Position numbers and translations under genes: made by a program. Positions 18,301 to 26,584 of a stretch of 29,745 nt of DNA are shown here, piece after piece (positions within the stretch are counted from its first letter, which is position 1; each line of letters opens with the position of its first letter). The notes beneath the pieces were generated by a model. It searched no databases and had not been told where the DNA came from. It was given only the letters and a program-made list of their open reading frames with translations. Origin of the DNA: an uncultured bacterium (GTDB taxonomy: Bacteria > Zixibacteria > MSB-5A5 > UBA10806); assembly GCA_965541585.1 (NCBI GenBank), contig CBEUCH010000026.1, forward strand, positions 1-29,745. Direction: 5' to 3'.

Positions 18301-20151
18301 GGAGTAGTGTGCATCTACGATCTTTACCCTGATGGTCACCGGCAGTTACTCTATCTGGGAACTGGACTGGAAAGATTGCTTGGCAAGGCCGCGGCGGATA
18401 AAATTGGCAATAATGTGGATGAATATTTCAGGTTGATTCACCCTGAAGATCTGCCGGAATTGCAAAAGGCCGCCGACGAAGCCAGAGAAACGGGCCAGGT
18501 GCTTGACCATGAATATAGAATAGGCATCGATTCGGTGAACTACATCTGGGTTCGCGCGGTCAATCAGGCTACCTGCAGAGAAAACGGCATAGTCCGCTGG
18601 AGCGGGCAAGTTTATAATATGACCATGCAAAAAGCAGCAGAGGATGCGCTGAGGGAATCCGAAGAAAAATACAAGGGGTTGGTGGAGAATATCGGAATCG
18701 GGATTTCATTAATCAGCCCGCAAATGGAAATCCTGTCTTTGAATAGGAAGATGCAGGAATGGTTCCCAGGCGTAGATCCGTCCAAAAGACCGGTCTGCTA
18801 CGAGTCTTATGGCGATCCACCGAAAACAAAGGAAATCTGTTCGTACTGCCCCGTTGCCAAGACATTAAGAGACGGTAATGTTCACGAAGCCGTATCCGAA
18901 ACGCCAGCCGGTGATGAGACGAAGAATTACAGAATTATCTCATCTCCAATAAATGATGTATCCGGTAATATCGTGGCCGTCATTGAGATGGTTGAAGACG
19001 TCACAGAGAAACTGAAGGTTGAAAAAGAACGAGAAAGGGCAGACAAACTCGAATCGATCGGTATCCTGGCCGGTGGTATTGCCCACGACTTTAACAATAT
19101 TCTGGCCGGTTTTATGGGGAGCGTTTCGCGCGCTAAGATGGATATTAACCCGAACTCTGAAGCATTTAAAGCCTTGGAGCGAGCCGAGGCAGCGTCGATC
19201 AGAGCGGTGAAGTTAACGGATCAGCTTCTTACTTTCTCGAAAGGGGGGGCGCCTATTAAAGAGAAAGCTTCGATAGAAGAATTAGTCAGGGACACTGTAG
19301 GTTTCGCGCTCAGTGGCTCCAATGTCAAATATGATATTCTAATACCAGATGATATCTGGGAAGTCAAAGTCGATAAGGGGCAGATTAGCCAGGTGATTCA
19401 AAATCTGGTCATGAACGCTGCTCAGGCGATGCCGAGCGGAGGGGAAACAAGAATATTGGTCGAGAATCTTCAGTTGGAACCGGGCCAACTCGTTTCCCTC
19501 GATAAAGGCAAATACGTGAAGATTTCCGTGCAGGATCATGGCATAGGAATTCCCGACGATTACCTCCAGAAGATTTTTGATCCATATTTTACGACCAAGC
19601 AACAAGGAAGTGGTTTGGGGTTGGCCACCGTTTATTCAGTTGTGAAGAATCATGACGGCCATATAGACGTAACATCTGAGCTGGGGGTGGGAACCACCTT
19701 CGATGTCTACCTGCCGGCGACGGGGAAGGCACGATCGAAAGAACGACCTTCCGAAACAGCAATCGTACCCGGCTCGGGAAAAGTCCTGGTAGTGGATGAC
19801 GAGGAGATAATCAGGATCACGCTCGCGGACATACTGACGAAGATCGGATATGAAGTGAAATCTGCCTCTGAGGGACAGGAGGCTATAAGACTTTTCAAAA
19901 AGGAAAAAGACAGAAGTCAGCCCTTCGATATCGTCATACTCGATTTGACAATCCCGGGCGGTATGGGCGGAAAGGAAGCTATATCGAAATTGCGAGAAAT
20001 CGACCCTGATGTTAAGGCGGTCGTCTCCAGCGGCTATTCAACCGACCCGGTCATAGCCAGCTTCAGGGAACACGGTTTCTCGGGATATATAAAAAAGCCC
20101 TTTAAGGTCAGCGATCTGAGCACTGTATTAGATGATATTCTGCGATTGTAA
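15304..20151 (+). CDS. Giant hybrid sensor histidine kinase (TM-Cache-like-TM, 8 PAS, HisKA-HATPase-REC)
   Basis: Periplasmic GETGEF...GLDYRAAEVLAAY; eight PAS units ending in DITERK-type linkers; AGGIAHDFNN; ATPase boxes; REC VVDDEE...LDLTIPG...KPF. Confidence 0.95.
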   Translation: MNEKRRIIALIIILAVSITIIASVTIFLLYRTAFEQQTARLAETAQSRARMMEAVARFDIQYSDQDIAGGAFAATLLQVFDAHSRFEGFGETGEFTLAKRDGDDIVFLLSHRHTHDESETPDSEYPLPTPIPFNSDIAEPMRRALSGKSGTLVGLDYRAAEVLAAYEPVDVLNLGIVAKIDLAEIRAPFIRAGIMASGVGIIMILVGIFLFLRISDPMIRRLEESEQRLTLALEGAQDGVWDVNIMSGDAVYSDRWASMLGYDLSEVEPKNDSWENLLHPDDHSRVMERINDHLEGKTSSYSAEFRMKAKSGEWRWILSRGRIVERDSRGKPQRMTGTHYDITERKQAEETLRETQDYLLKAQEIAKFGNWSWEKDKDIGFFSEEVYNMLGYTIGEIQPSLKWLLGIMHPDDREQVIKGIEESMRTGKSYAGAYRLTRKDGKEIIVDSRAEVVLNHAGEATEMIGVIQDITERKQAEEALRASETKYQDLYDNAPDMYVSVDPETAEIIGCNETFSKRIGYKTEEIIGRPIFDMYHPDCMEEAREAFNSYVTTGVVSDKELQLKKKDGTKIEVSLNVSAVRDEQGKILYSRSSWRDITKRKQMEEALRESESRYRELIEESGLAFLIDDLDGNFIYFNDTFAGLFGYGREEMQKLRIQDLVHPDDFDEGQMRHRNSIRAPQQSSQYELRAIKKDGSIIHLEINSSPIKKGNKISGFRSYIRDITEKKLAEEALIDSEEKYRQLFTTEMDAIMIFDGETRQFVDVNDAAIRLYGYSREEFLKLEIIDITAEPEASERAIQKIVAGTPATGMTRLHKKKDGTIFPVEISGSSFKLKGRGVGCGIVRDITERKQAEEELKRSEKSLSRAQHIARLGNWDWNILTRQLFWSDEIYRIFGRSADEFDPTFGSFLSLVHLDDLDRVQEAVDEAMAKNRPYSIDHRIVRPDGEIRIVHEQADVTFNNSGQPVRMVGTVQDITERNKAEEALRESEGKFESFSENLPGVVCIYDLYPDGHRQLLYLGTGLERLLGKAAADKIGNNVDEYFRLIHPEDLPELQKAADEARETGQVLDHEYRIGIDSVNYIWVRAVNQATCRENGIVRWSGQVYNMTMQKAAEDALRESEEKYKGLVENIGIGISLISPQMEILSLNRKMQEWFPGVDPSKRPVCYESYGDPPKTKEICSYCPVAKTLRDGNVHEAVSETPAGDETKNYRIISSPINDVSGNIVAVIEMVEDVTEKLKVEKERERADKLESIGILAGGIAHDFNNILAGFMGSVSRAKMDINPNSEAFKALERAEAASIRAVKLTDQLLTFSKGGAPIKEKASIEELVRDTVGFALSGSNVKYDILIPDDIWEVKVDKGQISQVIQNLVMNAAQAMPSGGETRILVENLQLEPGQLVSLDKGKYVKISVQDHGIGIPDDYLQKIFDPYFTTKQQGSGLGLATVYSVVKNHDGHIDVTSELGVGTTFDVYLPATGKARSKERPSETAIVPGSGKVLVVDDEEIIRITLADILTKIGYEVKSASEGQEAIRLFKKEKDRSQPFDIVILDLTIPGGMGGKEAISKLREIDPDVKAVVSSGYSTDPVIASFREHGFSGYIKKPFKVSDLSTVLDDILRL
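16324..17865 (+). repeat. 30-nt direct repeat (DITERKQAEE linker), 3 copies
   Basis: GACATCACCGAGCGAAAGCAGGCGGAGGAG at 16324-16353 and 16708-16737 (identical) and 17836-17865 (1 mismatch). Confidence 0.9.
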
Positions 20152-20385
20152 TCCGGCGGGCGAAACCTGGTTTGACAATAGAACAATCAGCGAGAAAATG
20201 GCCGCCGTAGACAGTAGAGAGTTAGCGACCTTTAAATAAATTGAAGCCACGTTATGACAGAAAAAAGCGATAATCACTTTGACAATTGGGGAAATGTAGC
20301 CTATGAACGACTGGAGGAGAGCTTATAAGGTCCGGCTCGCCGATAGAATCCTCCGGATCTTAAGCTGTGGTAATCGCCTTAGAAG

Positions 20386-21363
20386 ATGATTGATGTGATG
20401 ATAGCAGAATCTATCGAAAATAGATACTATCAACTTCTGAAAGCGCATTTTACCGAACCGCAGGGGATGTTTTTACATAGCGTGACCGAAATTGGACGTG
20501 AGATCGTAAAAGAAGGAGTTCCAATCGAAGATGTCGCGAAATTGCACGAGAAGACGATAGATCGCTTGGAGCGTGAGTCCCCCAACAAAAAACTGCTGGA
20601 GAATAACCATGTCGTCTTTCAACCCCTGATGGAATTACTCATAGTTTACGGCGCTGCTTCTCGCAAGAGGTTCAAGGAGCAAAAGAGGGCGGAAGCGCTG
20701 GCCGCCACCGGCCAGATGGCTGGACGAATCGCCCATGAAATTAATAATCCGTTGGCAGGTCTGAAGAACTCGTTTGCCCTTATCAAGGATGCAATCCCCG
20801 ATGATCACCCGGATAGAAAGTTCAGTAGCTATATCGATAAAGAAATTGACCGAATTGCTAATATTGTAAGACAGATGTTCGTCCTATATAAACCGCCAAA
20901 GGTTCCGGCCGACGATATATATCTCGTTGACGCTATTAATGATGTCATATTAATGTTGGAAGCCGAATGCAAACAGCGAGGTATTGCCATCGATTTCCGC
21001 GGCCCTGATCAATCCTTAAAGATGTCCGCTCCTGAGGGCTCATTTCAACAGGTATTGTACAATGTTATTGTCAACGCCATCGAAGCTTCCCCGGATCGTG
21101 GAATAGTATCGGTAACCGCATCAATAGATGAGAGAAAACTGGAGCTGGTGGTTTCGGACCAGGGGAATGGAATTCCGGAAGAGATAGGCGACCGGATTTT
21201 TGAGCCTTTCTTTTCGACAAAAGGAAATACATCGAGCGGAGGCCTGGGTCTCGGGCTTTCGGTCTCGAGAAGCCTGGCGCAGGCAATGAACGGTTCTATT
21301 GAATATAAAAGCGATCCAGGTAAGGGAACCGAATTCAAGATTGCGTGGCCGTTAAGTAGTTAA
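20386..21363 (+). CDS. Cytoplasmic histidine kinase with an RsbU N-terminal-like domain
   Basis: N-terminal YYQLLKAHF...LHSVTEIGREIVKEGVPIEDVAKLH matches the RsbU_N helical pattern; H-box IAHEINNPL; NVIVNAIEA, DQGNGI, FFSTK, GLGLGL. Confidence 0.85.
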   Translation: MIDVMIAESIENRYYQLLKAHFTEPQGMFLHSVTEIGREIVKEGVPIEDVAKLHEKTIDRLERESPNKKLLENNHVVFQPLMELLIVYGAASRKRFKEQKRAEALAATGQMAGRIAHEINNPLAGLKNSFALIKDAIPDDHPDRKFSSYIDKEIDRIANIVRQMFVLYKPPKVPADDIYLVDAINDVILMLEAECKQRGIAIDFRGPDQSLKMSAPEGSFQQVLYNVIVNAIEASPDRGIVSVTASIDERKLELVVSDQGNGIPEEIGDRIFEPFFSTKGNTSSGGLGLGLSVSRSLAQAMNGSIEYKSDPGKGTEFKIAWPLSS

Positions 21364-21376
21364 CAAGGGGTGTCAA

Positions 21377-22174
21377 ATGAGTAACTTAGGACGGATCTTT
21401 ATCGCTGACGATGAGGAGGTCTTTCTTGTCTCCACAGCAAGGCTGCTGGAGAAAAGGGGACATCAATGCCAGACCGCGACGAACGCGGCCGACGCTGCCA
21501 AGATTCTGAGCAGTGAGAATTTCGATCTTCTTATTGCGGATATTAGAATGCCCGGGAACACCAACCTGGAGCTGATAAAGGATCTCCCCAATATATCAGA
21601 GGGATTGCCCGTCATTCTGGTTACAGGCTATCCATCGATACAGACGGCAATCACCGCCCTGGAGTTGCCGGTTGTATCGTATCTGGTCAAGCCGCTTGAT
21701 ATCGACGAGCTGATCGAATCCGCTCAAAGGGCTATAGATTCCTACAGGGTTTACAGCAATATAAACAACACGCGCCGACACTATCAATTCTTGTCAAAAG
21801 ACCTCGAAAATATCGAGAAGGCATTTGAGGCCAATCTGGGCGATTATTCTTCAATGCCCGCAGACGCATTTGTATCGCTCAACCTTAAGAACATTCTTAA
21901 CAGCATATGTAACCTGGCATACCTTATTAACATACACGAGAAACAAGATGGGGATCAAGAGATCTGCAGACTATTCAATTGTCCCAGATTGATGACGCTA
22001 ATTGAGACACTATGGGAAGCAACACAGGTTCTGGAGAGAACAAGGAGTGCTTTTAAATCCAGCGAACTTGCCCAGTTGCGCGTGAAACTGGCGAAGATTA
22101 TTACCGAAATGCTAAAATATTCCCCTAATGCTAAAGTTTTGCACTCTTTACCCGATAAGAAAATTGAAAACTAA
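21377..22174 (+). CDS. Response regulator (REC + unrecognised helical C-terminal domain)
   Basis: IFIADDEE, LIADIRMPG, VTGYPS, YLVKP; no recognisable HTH or AAA+ output domain. Confidence 0.88.
   Translation: MSNLGRIFIADDEEVFLVSTARLLEKRGHQCQTATNAADAAKILSSENFDLLIADIRMPGNTNLELIKDLPNISEGLPVILVTGYPSIQTAITALELPVVSYLVKPLDIDELIESAQRAIDSYRVYSNINNTRRHYQFLSKDLENIEKAFEANLGDYSSMPADAFVSLNLKNILNSICNLAYLINIHEKQDGDQEICRLFNCPRLMTLIETLWEATQVLERTRSAFKSSELAQLRVKLAKIITEMLKYSPNAKVLHSLPDKKIEN
22132..22158 (+). promoter_or_regulatory. Putative sigma-28-type promoter, copy 2
   Basis: TAAAGTTT (22132-22139), 11 nt, CCCGATAA (22151-22158): 15/16 match to TAAAGTTT-N11-GCCGATAA. Confidence 0.8.
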
Positions 22175-22281
22175 ATAACGGAAGCAGATTGCCTTGTCGT
22201 GTAAGACATGGGCTTGCAAGAGTGAGGCGCGGTCAAATCGCTGATTGAGCGATTTTGGCAGCGCCTTTTTCTTTTGCCGGA
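22166..22281 (+). ncRNA. Conserved structured RNA motif, copy 2
   Basis: Same 57-nt 5' core; hairpin AGGCGC...AAATCGCT-GATTG-AGCGATTT...GCGCCT followed by TTTTCTTTT. Confidence 0.8.
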
Positions 22282-22536
22282 TTGGGAAATAATAGGAGTA
22301 AGTTGGAGGTTGCAGTAAGAATTCCGGTATCGAAAATTAATTAATACCATCGCAGGGATCATGATGCAGGCCATGATAATAAACTTACAGGGAATCGATA
22401 CCCGGATTCCAGAAATTCTCGGGATATACTGGAATCATTGAGAGATCGTAACAATGTATTTAAAGGTATCAAAACTAACATTAAGGTCAGACTGAATAGA
22501 TAAGGAATGATCACCGAGTAAACAAGCGAGAGGGAT

Positions 22537-23727
22537 ATGAAAAGCCTGGATTTAAGCAAAATATGGACCGGAGAAGTCAACCCCGATATAATCTCGACTA
22601 TCTCTCACGAGTTGAGGACGCCGCTGTCTATAATCCGGGAATTCATCTCATTAGTATATGATGAGGTTCCGGGCCCTATAAATGATAGACAGCGCGTATG
22701 CCTCGAATCTGCCCTGAGAAACTGCGACAGGCAGGCAACATTAATAAATGATATATTGGATGCGTCGAAATCAAATTCTAGTAGACTCCTTTATAACCGA
22801 CGGAAAACAAACATCAAATTGCTGATTGATGAAATCGTGGGAGATTATAGCCTGAAATGCGAAAAGAAATCTCAAGTATTGAGCTTGGAGTACGAGGAAT
22901 CATTACCGGATGTGCTGTGCGCCCCTGATCAGATTACCCAGGTATTATTGAATTTGCTGAGCAATGCCCGACGATATACCCCGGAGGGAGGGCGTATAAC
23001 AGTGGAAGCCCATTCAAATGAGGAAGTTATCGTGGTTCATGTTATAGATACGGGAATAGGCATTGGTCATGATCAACTATCGAGGATATACCAGAACTTT
23101 TTTCGCATAGACTCAACGCAAGCCGAAGCCACCAGAGGTTCGGGATTAGGTCTGGCAATAACAAAAGATTTAATCGAGCAAAACGGCGGAGAGATTCTTA
23201 TCAAAAGCGAACCGGGGAAAGGGAGCGATTTTTATTTTACTATTCCCATTTACAATAGAAGAGTTGAATATGAGGCAGCTTTATTTGATCATGCAAGGCC
23301 GATAATCGCAAGCGGAAAGCCACTTTCCTTAGTTCTTGTGCGATTCAGAGTGTCTGAGAATATTCGTAGCCGGGATAGAGACTTGAAGTTGCGGGAATTA
23401 TCGAAGGGTATCAAGGAGACGTTGCAGAATAATATAATAAGTTCCACAGATCGCGTTCTATCAACGAATACGGAAGATATTATTGCGATCGTTCTTGAGA
23501 CGGATAGAGCCGGTTCGAAAGCGGCGGCCGACAGGTTAATACGTGCGCTATGTGATAAGTACGATTACATATCAAGCTTTGCAAGCAGTCAACATAGTTA
23601 CACGGGTAATACATGTACATGGCCTGAACTCAAGCGATTGATTAGGGCGGCGGAACGAAAATTAAAATCAAAAGACAAGGTTTTCATGGAGGTGAAGGAT
23701 GGCAGGCAGCAAGATTCTAATAGTTGA
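22537..23727 (+). CDS. Sensor-less histidine kinase with a C-terminal degenerate GGDEF-like domain
   Basis: H-box ISHELRTPL within ~25 aa of the start; NLLSNA, DTGIGI, GSGLGL; tail LSLVLVRF...DIIAIVLETDRAGSKAAADRL resembles the GGDEF fold without the signature. Confidence 0.85.
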   Translation: MKSLDLSKIWTGEVNPDIISTISHELRTPLSIIREFISLVYDEVPGPINDRQRVCLESALRNCDRQATLINDILDASKSNSSRLLYNRRKTNIKLLIDEIVGDYSLKCEKKSQVLSLEYEESLPDVLCAPDQITQVLLNLLSNARRYTPEGGRITVEAHSNEEVIVVHVIDTGIGIGHDQLSRIYQNFFRIDSTQAEATRGSGLGLAITKDLIEQNGGEILIKSEPGKGSDFYFTIPIYNRRVEYEAALFDHARPIIASGKPLSLVLVRFRVSENIRSRDRDLKLRELSKGIKETLQNNIISSTDRVLSTNTEDIIAIVLETDRAGSKAAADRLIRALCDKYDYISSFASSQHSYTGNTCTWPELKRLIRAAERKLKSKDKVFMEVKDGRQQDSNS

Positions 23728-24091
23728 TGATGAGCCGGACATATTGCAGGCCTTGACGATGCGATTGGAAGCGGCAGGCTATGAGGTAATCACCGCCAAT
23801 AATGGCTATGACGCTACGAATTTGGCTGCGAAGGAATCGCCGGATCTGATTATTTGTGATATAGGTATGCCTGAGATGGATGGCCATGAGGTTGCAAAAG
23901 AGATCAGGAGATCGTCAGGCATGGCGCATATACCTATAATCTTCTTAACTGCTCGAACAGAACTGGAGGAGATGAAGATCGCGGTTGAGGAAAAGGTTGA
24001 TAGATATATTACTAAGCCGGTTGATCCTCAGCTCCTTCTAATGTCGATAATGGCTTTGCTGATGCGTAACACGAAGGAAAGAAGTTGCTGA
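23699..24091 (+). CDS. Single-domain response regulator
   Basis: ILIVDDE, ICDIGMPEMDG, FLTA, YITKP; RBS GGAGGTG; overlaps the upstream kinase by 29 nt. Confidence 0.93.
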   Translation: MAGSKILIVDDEPDILQALTMRLEAAGYEVITANNGYDATNLAAKESPDLIICDIGMPEMDGHEVAKEIRRSSGMAHIPIIFLTARTELEEMKIAVEEKVDRYITKPVDPQLLLMSIMALLMRNTKERSC

Positions 24092-24155
24092 TTGTGCGCG
24101 GGCGTAGCGATATTCGCGGTCAATCTTAGATGTCGGCGTACGGAGTAGAAATATC

Positions 24156-25730
24156 ATGGGATTAAAAGGACCCATCACTGGTATGACTGAGCCGAAGCGA
24201 GCGGATGGATCAATAATAGAATCCGAGTTACGCTACCAGGAATTATTTTTCTCCATGATGGAGGGAATTGTTTTGCTGGATAAAAACGAAAACATCCTGT
24301 TTTGCAATCCTGTATGTGCGAGGATTCTTGAAGAAGGATCAGAGAACAAACTGATAGGTAGAAGTTTTTTGGACTATATTCCGCGAAGCGAGCAAGAAAA
24401 TATCTCGTCGCAAGTTGAGAAATTAAGAGAGGGTGAATGTTTACAACAAGAATTGAATATCAAAACAGCAAAAGGAAACGACAGGACAATTTTGTTTTCC
24501 GGCTCCCCTTTGCTTGATGATGATGGCGAATTTAAAGAAATATTCGCCATTATAATGGATATATCGGAGCTAAAGGAATTGCAGATGTTCAATTCACGTG
24601 CCCAGCGATTGGAGATGGCGGGACGGATAGCTGGTCAGGTAGCACATGATTTCAATAATCTTCTTTCCCCGCTTGCCGCATATCCGGAGCTCATCAGAAG
24701 CGAGCTTCCTGAGAATCATTCTATTCTCAAGTACGTTGACGCCATACAGAAAGCAGCGCTACAAATGGCAGAAATCAATCAACAGCTTTTGACACTTGGT
24801 AGGAGAGCTCATTTTAAGATAGAATTCTTGAATCTTGGCGTTATTATCAAAGAGGTTATTGCTCAGCTACAACCGGCTCCGGAAACACTGATCATTGACG
24901 TTAGCATAAGTGCTGATCTGATGGAAATAAAAGGTGGTATCTCTCAGATCCATAGGCTGGTTCTAAATCTGATAAACAATGCAAGAGAGGCAATGCAGGA
25001 TAAAGGGTATCTAAGTATCAGGGCCGAAAATTATTACTTAGATGAATTAATTGATAAGTGTAATCGAATTGTCACTGGAGAATATATTAAACTTACGGTT
25101 TCGGATACCGGTACCGGCATTCCGCCGGAAATCATAGATAGGATATTCGAGCCCTTTTTCTCCGCGAAGAGTATGGATGAACGGAGGGGTTCAGGATTGG
25201 GCCTGAGCATTGTGCATGCTGTCCTTGAAGATCATAATGGTTATATTGACGTTGAAAGCGCTGTTGGGAAGGGAACGTCGTTCTTCATATACTTTCCCGC
25301 GGCGGGAGAGAACTCAGATATATCGGCAGAGGATCATATAGTGGGGGGGAAGGAAAGAGTCCTGGTTGTGGACGATGAGCGGGTACAGAGAGATGCTGCG
25401 CTGGCGATATTAAAAGAGCTTGGCTACGATGCCTCATCAACTAGAAGTGGCGAAGAGGCAATCGACTACATTCGGAAATATCCGCAAGATCTGCTAATTA
25501 TCGATATGATAATGCCCGATGGGATTGACGGTGTTGAAACCTATAGACGGGTCCAGGAAATAAATCCCGGCCAGCAGGCAATTATGATATTGGGATATTC
25601 CCAGCCCTGCAAGGCCGAGGAAGCGAAAGAGCTTGGAATCAAAGTCTTCATAACAAAGCCATTGACAATTAAATCCTTAGCAGTCGCACTAAGAAAAGAA
25701 CTGGATAAGGGAGTGGTGACGAGATCGTAA
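24156..25730 (+). CDS. Cytoplasmic hybrid histidine kinase (PAS-HisKA-HATPase-REC)
   Basis: One PAS; AGQVAHDFNN; NLINNA, DTGTGI, GSGLGL; REC VVDDE...IDMIMP...TKP. Confidence 0.93.
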   Translation: MGLKGPITGMTEPKRADGSIIESELRYQELFFSMMEGIVLLDKNENILFCNPVCARILEEGSENKLIGRSFLDYIPRSEQENISSQVEKLREGECLQQELNIKTAKGNDRTILFSGSPLLDDDGEFKEIFAIIMDISELKELQMFNSRAQRLEMAGRIAGQVAHDFNNLLSPLAAYPELIRSELPENHSILKYVDAIQKAALQMAEINQQLLTLGRRAHFKIEFLNLGVIIKEVIAQLQPAPETLIIDVSISADLMEIKGGISQIHRLVLNLINNAREAMQDKGYLSIRAENYYLDELIDKCNRIVTGEYIKLTVSDTGTGIPPEIIDRIFEPFFSAKSMDERRGSGLGLSIVHAVLEDHNGYIDVESAVGKGTSFFIYFPAAGENSDISAEDHIVGGKERVLVVDDERVQRDAALAILKELGYDASSTRSGEEAIDYIRKYPQDLLIIDMIMPDGIDGVETYRRVQEINPGQQAIMILGYSQPCKAEEAKELGIKVFITKPLTIKSLAVALRKELDKGVVTRS

Positions 25731-25760
25731 TATGTGAGATGTTTTTACTCGAAATGCTTT

Positions 25761-25823
25761 GACCTAGCCCTGCCACTAGGTCCTCAAGGCGGTGGTAGTT
25801 ACCTCAATAACTGCTGCCGCCTT
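25761..25823. terminator. Tandem hairpins between convergent genes (probable terminator)
   Basis: GACCTAG-ccctgcca-CTAGGTC (25761-25782), then AAGGCGGTGGTAGTTA-cctcaa-TAACTGCTGCCGCCTT (25786-25823). The U-tract is weak. Confidence 0.55.
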
Positions 25824-26023
25824 CTTCAATTGCGACAATTTCGATTTTAATTAACTGCAAACATTAGAATCTTTTAAAACAGTGCTTTTCAGGCTATTGC
25901 AGCCGTCCAAGCATCCTGCAGAGTTAACTGAGATGCAAAACACCTTCCAATTGCTATGATTCGAAGAAAAGGCAGAAAGTAACATAACCGGCAATTTTAG
26001 CATTTTCTATATACCGGGCGTAT

Positions 26024-26584
26024 TTACTTCAAGAACATCATTTTCTTGGTTTTCTCAAAGTCCGCTGCTACTATTCGGTAGAAGTAGACCCCCGTGCTCA
26101 CCCTGAAACCCCTATCATTCTTGCCAAACCATTGCGACGCCTTGTAGCCGGCGTCTTGTCGCTCATCCACCAAGACCCTCACCTGTTGTCCCAGAACATT
26201 ATAAATATGTATCCTTACATCGGACGCCGCCGGTAATTCATATTCTATCGTGGTACCGGCATTGAATGGATTGGGATAGTTTTGGTGCAGTGCGAATTCC
26301 TCGGGGAGTTCGATAACAGGTTCCGTTGCCCACTCTATTACAGCGGGATTCCAGAATCCATTATATAGAGTCATCGTTGTTCCTTCAACGGTCTCGATGA
26401 TAGGTTCACCGAGTGATGAAGAGAGCATGAAGTTGGTGCTGGTAAGCCTCATGGCTCCTCCCGAACTCATACATTGTCGGAGAATCTGGGCAGCGAAAGA
26501 ATCCGTAGGGCCGATATTGGAGATACCCAACACCAACAGGAAAAACAAACTTCCTCTGGAAAAGGTTTTCAAACATCTTGTCAT
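26024..26584 (-). CDS. Small secreted protein with a C-terminal FlgD-Ig/T9SS-type-A-like domain
   Basis: RBS GAGGGGG; signal peptide; SSGGA...STNFMLSSSLGEP...LYNGFW module; EFALHQNYPNPFN...IYNVLGQQVRVL...STGVYFYRI...KKMMFLK. Confidence 0.88.
   Translation of the reverse strand: MTRCLKTFSRGSLFFLLVLGISNIGPTDSFAAQILRQCMSSGGAMRLTSTNFMLSSSLGEPIIETVEGTTMTLYNGFWNPAVIEWATEPVIELPEEFALHQNYPNPFNAGTTIEYELPAASDVRIHIYNVLGQQVRVLVDERQDAGYKASQWFGKNDRGFRVSTGVYFYRIVAADFEKTKKMMFLK

Noticed and set aside
20320..20346. GCCGATAG as a further sigma-28 promoter before the 20386 kinase
   Set aside because: The -35 position reads AGCTTATA, with no TAAA at the correct spacing.
22166..22281. The motif as a CsrA/RsmA sponge, ANTAR target, CRISPR repeat or MITE
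   Set aside because: Only two GGA motifs and neither is in a loop; no twin short hexaloop hairpins; copies are kilobases apart with no spacers; no terminal inverted repeats or target-site duplications.
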